NCBI RefSeq assembly: GCF_018350175.1
Contig: NC_058373.1
Coordinates: 112,470,001-112,534,000, forward strand
DNA: 64,000 nt
Origin: Felis catus
Taxonomy: Eukaryota
Direction of reading: 5' to 3'
This document shows positions 1-13,559 of this stretch, one piece after another. How positions within the stretch are numbered: position 1 is the first letter of the stretch; each line of letters starts with the position of its first letter. The position numbers were made by a program, and so were the translations under genes. A model generated the notes under the pieces. That model saw only the letters and a program-made list of their open reading frames with translations. It was not told where the DNA came from and ran no database searches.

Positions 1-380
1 CTGGAGTCATATACTCAACTACAATTACATTGGGCTGTTTGATTTCCACATGTTTCTTTTCCTCTGATCTTTTCACCTTCCCCCTCCCCCCATTGCTTCT
101 GTTTGGATATTTTCTACTGATCTCTTCATGTTCACAAATCCCGTGTTTTCTGTGTTGAGTCAGCTCAACCACTGATTTCTTAATTTCAGATATTGTGTTT
201 TCAATTCTAAAATTACTATTTGATTCTTTTTCATAGATTTTAATTCTTTGCTGATATTTTACTTCTTTCATCAAGTGTGAATATTTTTCCGTATCTTCAA
301 CTTCTGTTAAATAGGTTTTTTGAAAGTTTAAGTTTTTGTAAAGTCCTTATCTTCTGATTCTGTATCATCTGTGTGTCACT
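1..380 (-). mobile_element. Old degraded L1 (L1M-like) fragment
   Basis: T-rich tract such as ttcttaatttcagatattgtgttttcaattctaaaatt resembles antisense old L1 ORF1-region sequence; by eye only. Confidence 0.4.
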
Positions 381-384
381 ATAG

Positions 385-386
<2 letters not shown>

Positions 387-426
<40 letters not shown>

Positions 427-432
427 ACACAC
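387..432. repeat. (CA)n microsatellite
   Basis: Directly visible CA run with one interruption. Confidence 0.95.
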
Positions 433-1349
433 ATATAATTTTTTCTTTTTGTTATTGGTTACATTTTGTAATTTCTGTAATATACCAAATACTATTTATT
501 ATAAGATCATAGAAATTAATGTAAATGTTATTTAGTGTTAAGTGCCAGTCACTTTAACTCAACTTCAAATTGAGATGGATAGAGTGAAAACTTTAGATAT
601 ATACTTAGTCTACCTTGGGTTTTAAATGTCTTTAAGGGCAAAACCTGTTGTGTACCATATTTCCGATGTGACTTTGTACTTAAGTACTGTGAAATTATGA
701 GAAATTTTACTTTATCTTTTGAGTTCTGTCCCCTTTTCACCCCCTCCCCACATCCCACCTCCCACCTTGCTTGTGGTTGAGAGTAAATTATTCTTAGGGG
801 AGATCTGAAGTTCTACACTGAAAGTGGTAGGCTCCACCTACAGTCAAATGACTTTGACTCCTAATCACCACAGTACTATAGAAAACATTATTTGCCCTCT
901 GACCCATTTTTTTCCTCCTCATTCCAAGTCGTCTTGTGCACTCCTGGCCCTCAGCAAATCTCCAGCAGAAAACTATGTTTTAGAGTTCCAATGGATTTCA
1001 GTCTGTCATGCCAGCCTGTGAACCATCAAGAACTATGCTGGTTTCTCTTTTCCCTAGTAGTGTTCCTCTTTCTGACTCTTAGGTTATAAGTGGCAAATCC
1101 TCCTAGAAATGAAAATAATTAGGAAGCTTGACTCACCTAAGAAGTGATACCACTTTTCTCCTCATTTATCCTTATTAGCTCACATTGTTGTCTAATATCT
1201 TTAAAAATATAACTTGGAGGGACAACTTACCTTTTTTTCCCCTAGTTGTTGTGGAATCAGTGATTTGCCACTATATGCTGGTAATTTAGTCTTATAAAAG
1301 TAAGAACAAAATTTAGACCTATGTGTTTAGTCTTTTCTGTGTTGTATTT

Positions 1350-1776
1350 TTTTTTATTATTTTAATTTTTAAATTTTATTTAAACTCCAGTTAGTTAAAA
1401 TACAGTGTAATAATGATTTCTGGAATAGAATTTAGTGATTCATCACTTACATAGAACACCCAGTGCTCATCTCAACAAGTGCCCTCTTTATTGCCCATCA
1501 TCCATTTAGCCCATCCCCCCACCTAACACCCCACCAGCAACCCTCAGTTTGTTCTCTGTATTTAAGAGTTTCTTATGATTTGCCTACCTCTCTGTTTTTC
1601 TTATTTTTCCTTCCCTTCTGTGTTCATCTGTTTTGTTTCTTATATTCCACATATGAGTGAACTCATATGATATTTATCTTTCTCTGACTTATTCCACTCA
1701 ATATATACTCTAGTTCCAATCCATGTTATTGCAAATGGCAAGATTTCATTTTATTTGATTGCTGAGTAGTATTTCA

Positions 1777-1824
<48 letters not shown>

Positions 1825-2056
1825 CACCCACATATATACAAAACATCTTTATCCATTTGTTAGTTGATGGACATTTGGGTTCTTTCCATAATTTGGCTAT
1901 TGTTGATAGCGCTTCTATAAACGTTGAGGTGCATGTGCCCCTTGAATCAGCACTTTTGTATTCTTTGGATAAATACCTAGTAGTGTAATTGCTGGGTCAT
2001 AAGGTAATTCTATGTTTAATTTTTTGAGGAATCTCCATACTGTTTTCCAGAGTGGC
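1350..2056 (-). mobile_element. 5'-truncated carnivore L1 3' end with internal (TG)n
   Basis: Poly-T tail at about 1350-1380, L1 3'UTR and ORF2-end motifs (cccagtgctcatctcaacaagtgccctc; gaggaatctccatactgttttccagagtgg). tgtgttgtattt on both flanks is the likely TSD. Confidence 0.9.
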
Positions 2057-2260
2057 CCTGGCTGTATGTGTTGTATTTATATAAAGTTTGTATGCTTAGA
2101 TTATTGGTTTGTTATTGAATATTAATATTTGTTGCAAAATCTGCTAGGTCCAGAAATTGATCAACATTACTGTTTGGAAAAATGCCATCCAGAGAGCCAG
2201 TTTTAATTTAAAATTCCATTTTGTCAGTAGTAATTGAAATAAAATGTAAACAAAAATTAA

Positions 2261-2371
<111 letters not shown>

Positions 2372-2479
2372 TGAGTATTTGGTTTTCATTACTAAGCATA
2401 ATTCAAAACTTCATGGTTGGTGTGACTTTTTTCAAAAGAATTGTAACTAAGAACTGATTTGAGGTTGAGTAGTTTTTCT

Positions 2480-2669
2480 TTTTTTTTTTTTTAAAGTTTA
2501 TTTATTTATTTTGAGAGTAAGAGAGGGGCAGAGAGAGGGAGAGAGAGAATCCTAAGCAGTCTCTGCACTGACAGATCATTGCAGGGCTCAGTCTCACAAG
2601 TTGTGAGATTATGACCTGAGGTGAAATCAAGAGTCAGATGCTTAACCAACTGAGCTACCCAGGCACACC
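2480..2669 (-). mobile_element. CAN-SINE (SINEC), older subfamily
   Basis: Poly-T, GA-rich tract and tRNA-derived head in reverse, about 110 nt downstream of exon 2. Confidence 0.9.
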
Positions 2670-5022
2670 AACTTTTTCTTTTCTAACAATTTGAGTTACA
2701 TATAGTGGAGTACATCCAATAGTTTCAGTAGAAGTGAAGATATAGAATAGTTTCTTTTTAGAAATAGGTAGTAGAAGAAGACATAGCATTATGATTAACA
2801 GTGGACTTTCAAGGAGTCTTACTAATGGTTGATCATATCTTGCCAGTGTGGCAGTAGCTACTGAGCAGGGAAATGATGCGTAATTTATTTGCTGGAGAAG
2901 GTGCAATTGAATTTGCTCACATTAATTTTAAGTTCATAATCATTTATAATACTTGTAAGAACAATTAAAAATATAAAATAATTATAAATAATATATTTGA
3001 ATATTTAGAATATATTTATAATATTTCATATTAGAAAGCTTTATAAGGAAATAATTTTTGAAGAGTTTTATAGGTTTCAATTTTTAATGTTCTTACTAGT
3101 GTCTCTATATTTTATGAATTTTTATAATTTTATATTTACTATAAAATATGCATATTATCTTCTGTATGAACATACCTAGATGATCTTACCTCTGGGTAAG
3201 ATCACCTTTTATTTAAAAAAAAATAAAGACTAGTTAAGCCTTTGGCAATAGAGAAAAGAAAATGGAATGCTGGCAGGTGCTTTTTTTAATGATATGTGTA
3301 ATGCATTCAGTAAAATATTGTAACAGGAATTTAGTCATTCACATCACATATAATCTATGTTCCCACAAGTTTTACTAGTAATTCATTGAGTATTTTGTGA
3401 TAAATGAAACACAAGCATGTGTTGAATCTGAAGGATATTGATTCTTTAATGATTTTCCAATTATTTAAAAAAATACAGTCATAAGACACAGAATCTTGAA
3501 AATGACTGAATCTTGAAGTTTATAATGTAATGAATTTACAAATGAGTTTCCAGACTCAAGTCTCTCAGTTCTGTTTCTTTTCCTTACTCAAAAGGAATCT
3601 GTATTCTTTCTCCATGATTTTTATTCCAGTGAAGACTGACATTTGTCCTTTCAGTCTATAAATATTTAATCAAGAATATAACTATTTTATGTGGCTGTAA
3701 ATATTCTGAGTAAATTAATGTTGATAACATTTATTTGCATGAAGAGTTCTGTTTTCCATATGGATATGGGAGGAAACTTTATAATTTTTCTGAAAGATTT
3801 CATCCATTTGAATGAATAACGTAAATTGTTCCATTATTGTACTATTTGTAAGGCATATTTTTGGTCACAGTAGTAGTATTTATCTGTGTAATGTAGTCTT
3901 TGTGGAAAAGATGTGTTCCTGTAGACTTTAATAATATAAAAGCCATGGAGAATTATACTTGAATAATTGATTATAACAATGAGTTATAGCGTTCTGAGAG
4001 AATTTGATACTTCTTCCCAGAGTACAGAATGATATTCATCATGCACTAAATTTTACGTTCAATCTTAGTATTCTTAGAAGAATTTATCTCAGATTACTAC
4101 TGTATGGGCTGAACAAAATTATTCTAAGTCTCTGGTTTTAAATAGCATATATCTTAATTTAGCATCATTCTTTTAACTTGGCATTAGTCTTGAATGTAAG
4201 AATTTAGTGATAATTTGTTCTTGCCTTTGCCACTTGGATTTGGAAAGAACTTTTTTTATGAAGAATTGTCAAAATGTACTATTAATGACTCAATTCATAT
4301 TTTAGAGACATATTTGTTCCTTAGCAAAGCTCTTTAAGGAAGGAAGTGTCCTGTGTAGAAAAATGATGTATTTTTTTCAGTTGTTACTATGGGAAATATT
4401 TTATTCTGAGTTATCATTCTATAGCAGTATTCACTTAATAGATACCTCATGGGTAAGGATTTTTCTTTTTGTTAAAGCCATTTACTTCTCTTCTGTCCTA
4501 AACTCCTGACAGAAGTCTTTACTATTTGTTCATTGATTCATGTACACTACATAGTTCTATAGAAGTTGAATTGTTTATGTTGCATCGAGTTGAAAATATG
4601 TCGGAAATGTTTTTACAAAACCTCCTCCTTATAAAAGTCGTTTGATGAGACCTCCACACTAGTATAAGGTTTGTTAAAATTGCATACATATGTGATTTTA
4701 ATAAATGCTCCAAATAAAAAATATTACGGTACGATATCTGTATTTAATGAGTGCTTTATGTATAATTTACCTATTTGGTAGACTTATGACTTACCTACTT
4801 GAGCTGCTGATGCTGAAAGTAGATGATGTGTAAAGAATAATTAAGTCTTCCAATCACTAAGGCTGTTATAAGGAAAACAGAAGAAAGAAGGAAAAATTAA
4901 GCTGAAGAGAACCCATGGTATCTGGCTAATATTGACACTTGGAGCAGTATGTAGTTTGTCGTAATTGGATAAATGAGCAAGTATGGAATTTCTGTGGACA
5001 AAGTACAAATATCAAATCAAAT

Positions 5023-5025
<3 letters not shown>

Positions 5026-5056
<31 letters not shown>
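5026..5056. repeat. (TG)n microsatellite
   Basis: Directly visible. Confidence 0.95.
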
Positions 5057-5058
<2 letters not shown>

Positions 5059-6714
5059 TATAAATGGATGAGTGAAGTTTTAAGGGTTTACTGCTTCAGA
5101 GGAGAATGAAAAGGCAGAAAAGGAAGTGACTAAATCATACTTTCAAATCTGTGTCAGGGCAGTGGAATAATGTGATAGGTCCTCCGTAATTTATCTAGGT
5201 TGTGTATAATACACTCCCCAAGATTTTGCTTCCATTGTATAGTAAAACTAATTATTGGACTTGAATGAACTGAGTGAGCTATGATGCAAGAACATGATGG
5301 TGGGATGCTCTGGGAGAAAAAGTTGAGAAGGTTGTGAATACCTAAGAAAAACTTTCTGGACTTATTACTAACTTCTGATCTGCTTTAATAATGAGAACAG
5401 AATGTAACTTTTGGGAAAATTGAAGTAAAGGGGATGGATACTTGAGAAATTCTCTTTTTGATAGTTATTCTGAGAATATTTGTTTCTATCACAGTCTTGC
5501 AGGGGTTAAATGTAAGACCAAGTAGAAGAACTTGACATTCTTTTCTAATGAATGTGTTTAAGGATTTGTTTGAAGTAGTAACTTTCCTGCATGTCGAATT
5601 TTGAAATAAACAATTTAACTGTTTTAATAGCTCATCTTATATTTAGGATTGTAAGTGTTTTAAGATGGATTTCTTAACTCTGTGTGTATAATGTATTGAG
5701 TTGTGTTATAAGACCTCTTGTTTTAGTTGGGGTCTCTCAATGGCACATTGAAAAGCATTGTCAAATTTAAGTTGACGTTTCAACATATTAGAAACATATC
5801 CAATGTGATATACTTTTAATATATATAAGAAGTGATTCTTAGCATGATATAATTAATTTTTGTTTCTTTAAGTGGAGGGATGCATGCTATTTACATTATG
5901 AAAAATCATTTATGCTACTTGTAATCTATGCTAGAGATATGACATTACATGCAAATGAAACACTATATAATGTTCTTTAAGTTATGTTTAGTTGTATTCT
6001 TTATAGAGGTAGCTCAAAAATATTTTTAAATCTCTATTGACTATGTGCTGAAGATGAAAGATAAAACATATTACCATATTTATACCTTAGATTTCCTATT
6101 ACTTAATTATAATCTATTTAACACAAATAATTATTTGAACTCAGATTCATTTATAGAAATTATTAAAGCTGTTTAAGAATCAAAAGAGGAAAAATAACAA
6201 GAATGAAAGGGCTAACAGAATTGGACATCTGTTTGTATAATTCATTGTGTTGATGGTGATTATGTTTGTGGGTATGGTGGGTATGTGTTGTTTTATTTAA
6301 TTTGAAGAAGCTTTTAAAAATCTAGGACCATCCTATGTGTGTTATGTAAGGTAATTATAGGAACAGTTGTTTAATTCATAGCAGAATTGGCCATCTTGTG
6401 ACACTAGAAATATGATTCATAATGTAGGATAGTAATAATTTTACTTACAAATAGGGAAAGTTTATATTCTTTGAGAATTTTGCACAACATGACAAATATG
6501 TCAGTCTTTGGGTTTTTTTTTCTTTATGGTACTCAGAGTATATTTTCAATTGTTTCAGTAATACCAAGATTTTGAAAAAAAGATATTACCAATTTATAAC
6601 CTCTTATGATTAATAAAAAAGGATGATTCAATAGAATAGACCTTAATTCTGAATTCTGGGTAAATTATATTATGAATGAATAAATACTTTTTCTTGTCAA
6701 TGTTCTAGGTTTTT

Positions 6715-7680
6715 TCTTTTAATTGTCATGAAATAAACATAACATAATATTTACCATCCCAACCAATTTTAAATGTAAAGTTCAGTAATGTTAAATATAT
6801 ACACACTGTTATACAACCAATCCTAGAAGTTTTTCGTCCTTCAGAACTGCAACTCGATACTACCATTAAACAATAACTCCCCATCGCCCCAACCCCCAGC
6901 CTCTGGCAACTCATGTTGTACTTTCTGTTCCTATGATTTTGACTATTGTAGAAGTCTCATATAAGTGGGATCATGCAATATTTGTCTTTTTGTGACTGGC
7001 TTATTTCACTTGACATAATAATCCCAAGGGAATTCTTCCATGTTGTAGCATGTGTCAGAGTTTCCTTCCTTTTTAAGGAAGAATAATATTCCATTGGATA
7101 TATGTACACCACATTTTGTTCATGTTCATCCATCAGTGAACACAGGGTTGCTTCTATCTTTTGTTTATTGTGAATAATACTGCTATGAACATAGATGTGC
7201 AAATTATCTCTTTAAGATTCTGCTTTCAGTTCTTTGGTTGTATACCCAGGAGCAGAGTTGCTGTATCATATGGTAATTCTGTGTTTAATTAAAAAAAAAT
7301 TTTTTTTTAACATTTATTTATTTTTGAGACAGAGAGCATGAACAGGGGAGGGGCAGAGAGAGGGAGACACAGAATCTGAAACAGGCTCCAGTCTCTGAAC
7401 TGTCAGCACAGAGCCCGACGCGGGGCTCGAACTCACGGACTGTGAGATCATGACCTGAGCCGAAGTCGGACGCTTAACCGACCAAGCCACCCAGGCGCCC
7501 CTCTCTGTTTAATTTTTGAAGAACTGCCATACTGTTTTTTTCCATAGCGACTGCACCATTTTATATTCTCACCAACAGTGTACAAGGGTTCCAATTTCTC
7601 TACCTCCTCACCAACACCCATTATTTTCTGTTCTGTTTTGTTGTTGTTGATAGTACCATCCTAATGGGTGTGAGGTGATA
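6715..7680 (-). mobile_element. L1MA/L1MB-type 3' fragment interrupted by a SINE
   Basis: ORF2 C-terminal remnant (PMEYYSSLKRKETLTHATTW) and 3'UTR on the minus strand. Confidence 0.85.
7292..7501 (-). mobile_element. SINEC_Fc-type SINE
   Basis: Consensus-like body ending ccacccaggcgcccc. Confidence 0.93.
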
Positions 7681-7699
7681 TGTTCTTGGTATTTTTTTA

Positions 7700-7912
7700 A
7701 TTTTTTTTTAACATTTATTTATTTTTGAGAGACAGAGAGAGAGCATGAGTGGGGGAGGGGCAGAGAGAGAGGGAGACACAGAATCTGAAGCAGGCTGCAG
7801 GCTCTGAGCAAGCTGTCAGCACAGAGCCTGATGCGAGGCTCGAACCCACAAACTGAGATCATGACCTGACCTGAAGTCGGATGCTCAACCGACTGAGCCA
7901 CCCAGGCGCCCC
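7700..7912 (-). mobile_element. SINEC_Fc-type SINE
   Basis: Consensus-like body; TSD tgttcttggtattttt at 7681 and 7913. Confidence 0.93.
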
Positions 7913-9469
7913 TGTTCTTGGTATTTTTAATTGAACTTCATTCCTTTACATTTTGTCTTTTTAATGATTTCAGTGTAACTCATCTAGACATTAAAGAAAA
8001 ATGTTTGTTGTGATACTCTGGTATATTGTGCAGTAAACTGTATAAAACTATTTTACTTCCTTTCATTATCATAATGAAGATTATAAAGTGTAAATATGTA
8101 ATTTCATAACAATAGCATTTCAATGAATTTATTTCCCTTATTTTGTATCACTTGCCTTGTATTACTGCAATTCCTGTTACACCTCATCTGTAAGGATTAG
8201 TTTTATGTAAAAAAAAAAATTAGTTTTTAGTTAAATGATACCAGATTGGAAATGCAGTATACTAATTAAAAAATAATAACAATGTGCTAGTAAAAATGTA
8301 TTTTGATATTATGGATTATTAGTGCTTAATGATGGCATTTCATAGATAAAATTGAATAAAATAGTTGTATCTGATTATAAATTCCTTAGACATGAAAATT
8401 TTATTTATTTTAATGTACTTCTTTACAAATCTTACCACCAGGTGAAAACTTCTTTTCATGGTTCTGAAACATAACTTTATCCCCCTGAGTATGTTTGACT
8501 TCACACTACAATCTGACTGAGTGATATTTTGGTCCTTTGGATCATGGCATTAAATGTGAAGGAAAAGCAGGATTGCCGTCTGGAAAGCAATCATATCTAA
8601 ATATAGCCTGTACTTATCTGCTGGTGTTAAGACAGGTTGCTATGGTGAACTGAATTTCTTAAAAATGCCAGTCAGCAGAGGATAAACAGTAGTTTGTGAA
8701 GTGGTTATTTTCCATAGAGCTGTACATTCTCATACCACATGTTCAGATAAATGAATTTAGTTAATGTTTTTTATGGTCTATTTGCTAAATTTCAGTTTTA
8801 GAGTGTCTTTGAGACCTTTAATTTTATTAAACAAAATACAAGAATTTTTATAATGTTATCCTTTGTTTCTCTGACGATAAATTGATTTGACATGAAAATG
8901 GATTTTTTAATGGCAGCTGTTTAAACATTATTGATCATTCAGTTTGTTCTGCTTCCAACAGTTCTGCTAAATCTAAGACAGCTACCAAGTTGTCTTTGTA
9001 ATATTACCTCTAAATGTAAGTTTTTATCATTTTTAATCAGGTTCTTTTTTGGGTTATCTATTTATTGGTTTATACAGTATATATTGGAACAATACAGGTT
9101 AATTTAGGTTGGTACTATAGTATTATAGTACTATGTTCTATGTCAGAACTGCACATCCAAAGACTTTGGGTTTTACTTTTCTTTTAGAAGACTTTCTCTC
9201 ATTTCTGTCCTTCCATACATTCCTGAGAATGTATATTTTGTGTGGATTTTTTTGTTTTAGAATTTAATAGAAAAGCACTAGTAGATGCTTGTATTAAGTT
9301 CTTCAGAACTAGGTTTAACAGACATTGTTTTTGTAGTCCAGGACCGTATGATTGAGGATGGACAATATTTGAGTTGAGTTGGCCACCTAAGGCGTATGGA
9401 TGACCAATACAGTATTAGAGTTTTTAAATGAAATAATGCATCATTTTAATAAGTGGGCTCTTTTATTTT

Positions 9470-9960
9470 TATAGTACAGAAACCTGAATCAAACTAGCTT
9501 AAAATGGAAAATGGGATTTTATTGGCTTAAAGTGTACTTCTCATGGAATCTTGACAGCCTAGAAACCAGATCAGGTATGGAAACCCCAAAGAATAGATTG
9601 AGGGAGTTTGTGCAAATGAGTTTGTTTCTTATCCTCTCTCATCATCTGTTCTGGTCTTTCTTGGCATTAGTCTCACTTATGACAGTCAGACTTTCTCCAT
9701 GAAACCAGGAAGATGGCTGCTACTCTAATTTCCTTGCTTCTAGCTCCATGCTGTCTCCTTACTTCCAGCTCTGAAATGTAAAATCTCATGGAAGAGTTCT
9801 GAACTCGTTACTCTGGTTAATTTGGTCATTTGACATCAGCCAGTCACTGTTGCAGTCTGTCTTGGTTGATCGGTCATAGGACAGATACTTGTGGCCAGAA
9901 TGATGGGATACCCAAATTAAATTTCTCTCAGAAAAAGGGAGTAGGTAAACTAAGAGAGAT
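9470..9960. mobile_element. Ancient MaLR/ERVL LTR remnant (MLT1K/L or LTR33-like)
   Basis: acagaaacctgaatcaaactagcttaaaa...ttttattggct start and aagatggctgc motif typical of these families; by eye. Confidence 0.5.
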
Positions 9961-10769
9961 CTACTGTATTCATTTTCAGTTGTTAATTTAAAGAAGAATG
10001 TATACATTGTCAAAAATTGTTAATTCTTTAAAATAGAGCATTTTGTTTACCTGCACAAAGTATCTCAATTAGATACTGGTAGTGTATCTGCAATAATTTT
10101 AAAGGGTATGGTTCAATTAATTGATAATAGTTCCATATTTGCTGATATTATTAACTATTTATATCATATGCACAAATGTGAAATGACTCAGGTGAATTTA
10201 TTACTTTAGTTACAACTGGCTAGACAGCAGGTGGAATAGTGACAGGTTGTTTCTGTTTTTTCATACTTTCTTCTTTCTTAAATAGAAGAATTTCACCACT
10301 ATAAATCAAAAAGGAAAAGAGTCAAAGATTCTCATTTACCATTCCATTATAATATCTTAACTGAGGAGTGCCATTATAGAGGCATATAAAAGTTTAATGG
10401 AACAGTGATGAAGTATTTCAAGGAGAGGTGATCCTTGAAATGAAGCATTTGTTTAAAAAGAAAAAGTGAAGGAAAGAAGGAAGGTAGGGAGATGGAGAGG
10501 CAGGAAGAGACTAGGGGACTGAGAGAAGAAGGAAAGAAAAAGAGGGCAGAGAGAGAAAGGGGAAAGACTGATTATGAGAAAGAATGGAAACTCTGTATGT
10601 TATCCTGTTTAGAAATGCAGTTTGGGTTAAGTGAATGAGAGTCTAGAAGGTTAAAACTAATGATTAAAACAAAGTTTTGATATCCATGTATTTAATTTAT
10701 CCAGAATACATCGACACATCTGACATTAATGGTCAGAGTGAACAAGTGGATGATTGCACTGTCTACTTA

Positions 10770-11245
10770 TATTACTTTTATATTGCTGTGTGATAAATTA
10801 CCACAAACTTGCTGGCTTAAAAAAAACCCCACACATTTATTATCTCACAGCACCATGAGTCAGGATTTTGAACAGAGTTTAACTGGATCCTCTCCGCAGG
10901 GTTTCCAAAGATTGTAACCTAGGAATTGATTGGGTTGCATTTTCATTTGGAGGCTTGACTAGGGAAGAATTGCTCCAAACTAATTCAGGTTGTTGGCAGA
11001 ATTCATATCCTTGTTTTATATGGCTGAATGCTCTGCTTTTTTTTCTGGGTGTTGACTATTTTCCATCCAGAGCTCCCATCATCTTTGCCAAATAAGGTTG
11101 CCTAACAGTGATATAGTGTCACCTTTCCAATATTCTTTTGGTTAGAAGGAAGTCCCAAGTTCCACCCATATGGGGGGAGGGGATTACACAAACGTATGAA
11201 TACCAGGAGATGGAATCAGTGGAGATCACCTTAGGGTCACACTAC
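10770..11245 (-). mobile_element. MaLR LTR (MLT1F-like)
   Basis: tattgctgtgtgataaattaccacaaact...tttattatctcacag and ggggattacaca...tgaataccaggag motifs. Confidence 0.7.
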
Positions 11246-12077
11246 TTTTGAAATTTTCTTTCCTACATGGAGTCATATTCAATAAGTTTAATTCTGTTAA
11301 TGGAGAGATATAAAAACCAAAACTCAACTGATTTGTGATTTATCTCAGCTCATAGAACTGCATAGTGATAGGCCACCTGACAACCAGATATTGTGCTCTT
11401 TCCACTTCCAGCTTTAGTTTTTACTGTTTTGGTTTTGTTATCAGTTAAAATTTTTTTCTGTTTTATTGAGAGAAAATTGACACATAGTCGGTAATTTTAA
11501 GGTGTGTAGCACAATGACTTGACTTGGCATTTGACTTTAATTTGTGTTCTAAGTTTATGAAATATATGACTACATCTTGGCACTGACATTAAAATATTTG
11601 AAAATATTTTTTCTGCATGGTCTGTAGGTATATAATTTTTGAACCATTTAATTGTTCTCTCACAATTAAGTTTTCTATCATCTGTGTATCTATTTTTCTC
11701 CTCAATTTTGCTTTGGAGGAGGAGGAACAGAACTTTTGTTTCTCTTGGTTTGGACTTAGGTTGGCCAAATCTGAGGAGCGAGACTATAGAGACTAAAAGT
11801 GAGACTGAGAGTGAGATTTAACACCTACAAAGGAAAAGCATCAATGGAATAATGGCAATTGAGTCCACTGTATGACCTCTTCTGTGAGTTTTTCAGTGGG
11901 AGATTGCTGGCTGTGGGATGGGAAGACAATCAAATAGGGAGGTCAAGAAGCTTGCTAATAAAAAGTCTGCATAAGTATGCTACCCTAATGGGTTTCCATA
12001 TGTGCTTGTGACTCAGCCCAAATTAGGAAGAAAATGACAAAAGGAAAGCTAGGAGATATGAGTTGTTTCTTCTTCTT

Positions 12078-12300
12078 CTTTTTTTTTTTTTAACATTTTT
12101 TTTAACGTTTATTTATTTTTGAGACAGAGAGAGACAGAGCTTGAATGGGGGAGGGTCAGAGAGAGAGGGAGACACAGAATCCGAATCCGGGCTCTGTGCT
12201 GTCAGCACAGAGCCCAACGTGGGGCTCGAACTCACGGACCGCAAGATCATGACCTGAGCTGACGTCAGATGCTTAACCGATTGAGCCACCCAGGCACCCG
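12078..12300 (-). mobile_element. SINEC_Fc-type SINE
   Basis: Consensus-like body; near-TSD gagttgtttctt / gagtcgtttctt. Confidence 0.92.
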
Positions 12301-12544
12301 GAGTCGTTTCTTTTAGAGATCTTTTGAGATTATTCTTTGAGAGATTACAGAGAATCAAATTACCCCTACCCAGCTGGGAAATTTTCCCTAATACTGGACT
12401 TTGGGCAGCAATTTCAAGGAGGCCAGCCCTTGCTGCCTTTTCTACTCTTACTTAAACAGCATAGTAAATTATAAGTACCCTAGTATTTTTTTTGCCCTTC
12501 GAGACAAATTAAAGTTTAGAGAAAGTCTAATTATTTATTATTTA

Positions 12545-12780
12545 TTTTTTAATTAAAAAAATTTTTTTTAAGTTTATTTATTTTGAGAGAAACAGAGATA
12601 GCATGCGTGGGGGAGGGGCAGAGAGAGAGGGAGGGAGAGAATCCCAAACAGGCTTCTTGCTGCCAGCACAGAGCCCCATCCAAAGCAGGCTCCAGGCTCT
12701 GAGCTATCAGCGCAGAGCCCAATATGGGGCTCAAACCCACAAACCATGAAATCATGACCTGAACCACCCAGTCAACCCTG
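12545..12780 (-). mobile_element. SINEC with internal duplication or chimeric structure
   Basis: Two successive copies of the caggct...cagc.cagagccc block. Confidence 0.8.
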
Positions 12781-12989
12781 AACACAGTGTTTTAGATTTG
12801 ACCTGGCTGTCACTGAGGAGATCAGACTTGCTGAAATCATGTTTGTTATACTTCCTCTAATTCTTTGTGAATAAACTTCAACTTTCTTGGGGAGGTGGGG
12901 GGCGAAGTAGGTAGGAAACCTAATTAGATATATGACTTCCCTTTCTTAGGGATCTTTTTAATTTTTAAAGAGCTTACATTTCACTCAAG

Positions 12990-13545
12990 GTGTAAATCAC
13001 ATACCATACAATTCACCCATTTAAATAATAACCTAGGTGGTTTTTAGTATATTCCAGAATTGTGTAGGCATTATCACTATCAAATTTTTAGAATATTTTC
13101 ATCTCCTCAGAAACCACTCCCCATTCTCCCTTTCCTAGACAACTATTAAATCTACTTGTTGTCTCTATATAGTTGCCTATTTTGGATATTTTGCATGAAT
13201 GAATAAGTATGTTCTTTGTGACTGGATTTTTTCACTAAGCATAGTATTTTTCAAGTTCATCCACCTTATAGCATATGTCAGTACTTCATTATTTTTATTG
13301 CCAAGTAATATTCCATTGTATGGATATATCATATTTTGTTTATCCATTTATCAGTTCATAGGCTTTGGGGTTTTCCCACTTTTTGCTTTTATGAATAATA
13401 TTGTTATAAACATTCATGTGAAGTTTTTGTTTCGAAGTATGTTTTCTGTTTGATATATAGCAAGGAATGGAATTGCTAGTTCATGTGGTAACTTCATGTT
13501 TAATATTTTAAAGAAGTGTCAAAATGTTTTCTGAAGTAGTTGGCC
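12990..13545 (-). mobile_element. L1MB-type 3' fragment
   Basis: cacataccatacaattcacccatttaaa... L1MB-type 3'UTR and ORF2 end. Confidence 0.8.
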
Positions 13546-13559
13546 TCCCTTATCCCTCA

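Noticed and set aside
8415..8447. Recursive splice site candidate ccaccag|gtgaaa, and similar AG|GT sites at 9040, 37712 and 51088
   Set aside because: The reconstituted donors or pyrimidine tracts are weak, and such motifs are frequent in long introns. Not supportable without RNA data.
9112..9131. Hairpin gtactata-gtat-tatagtac
   Set aside because: An 8-bp AT-rich stem is plausible by chance in 64 kb and has no supporting context.
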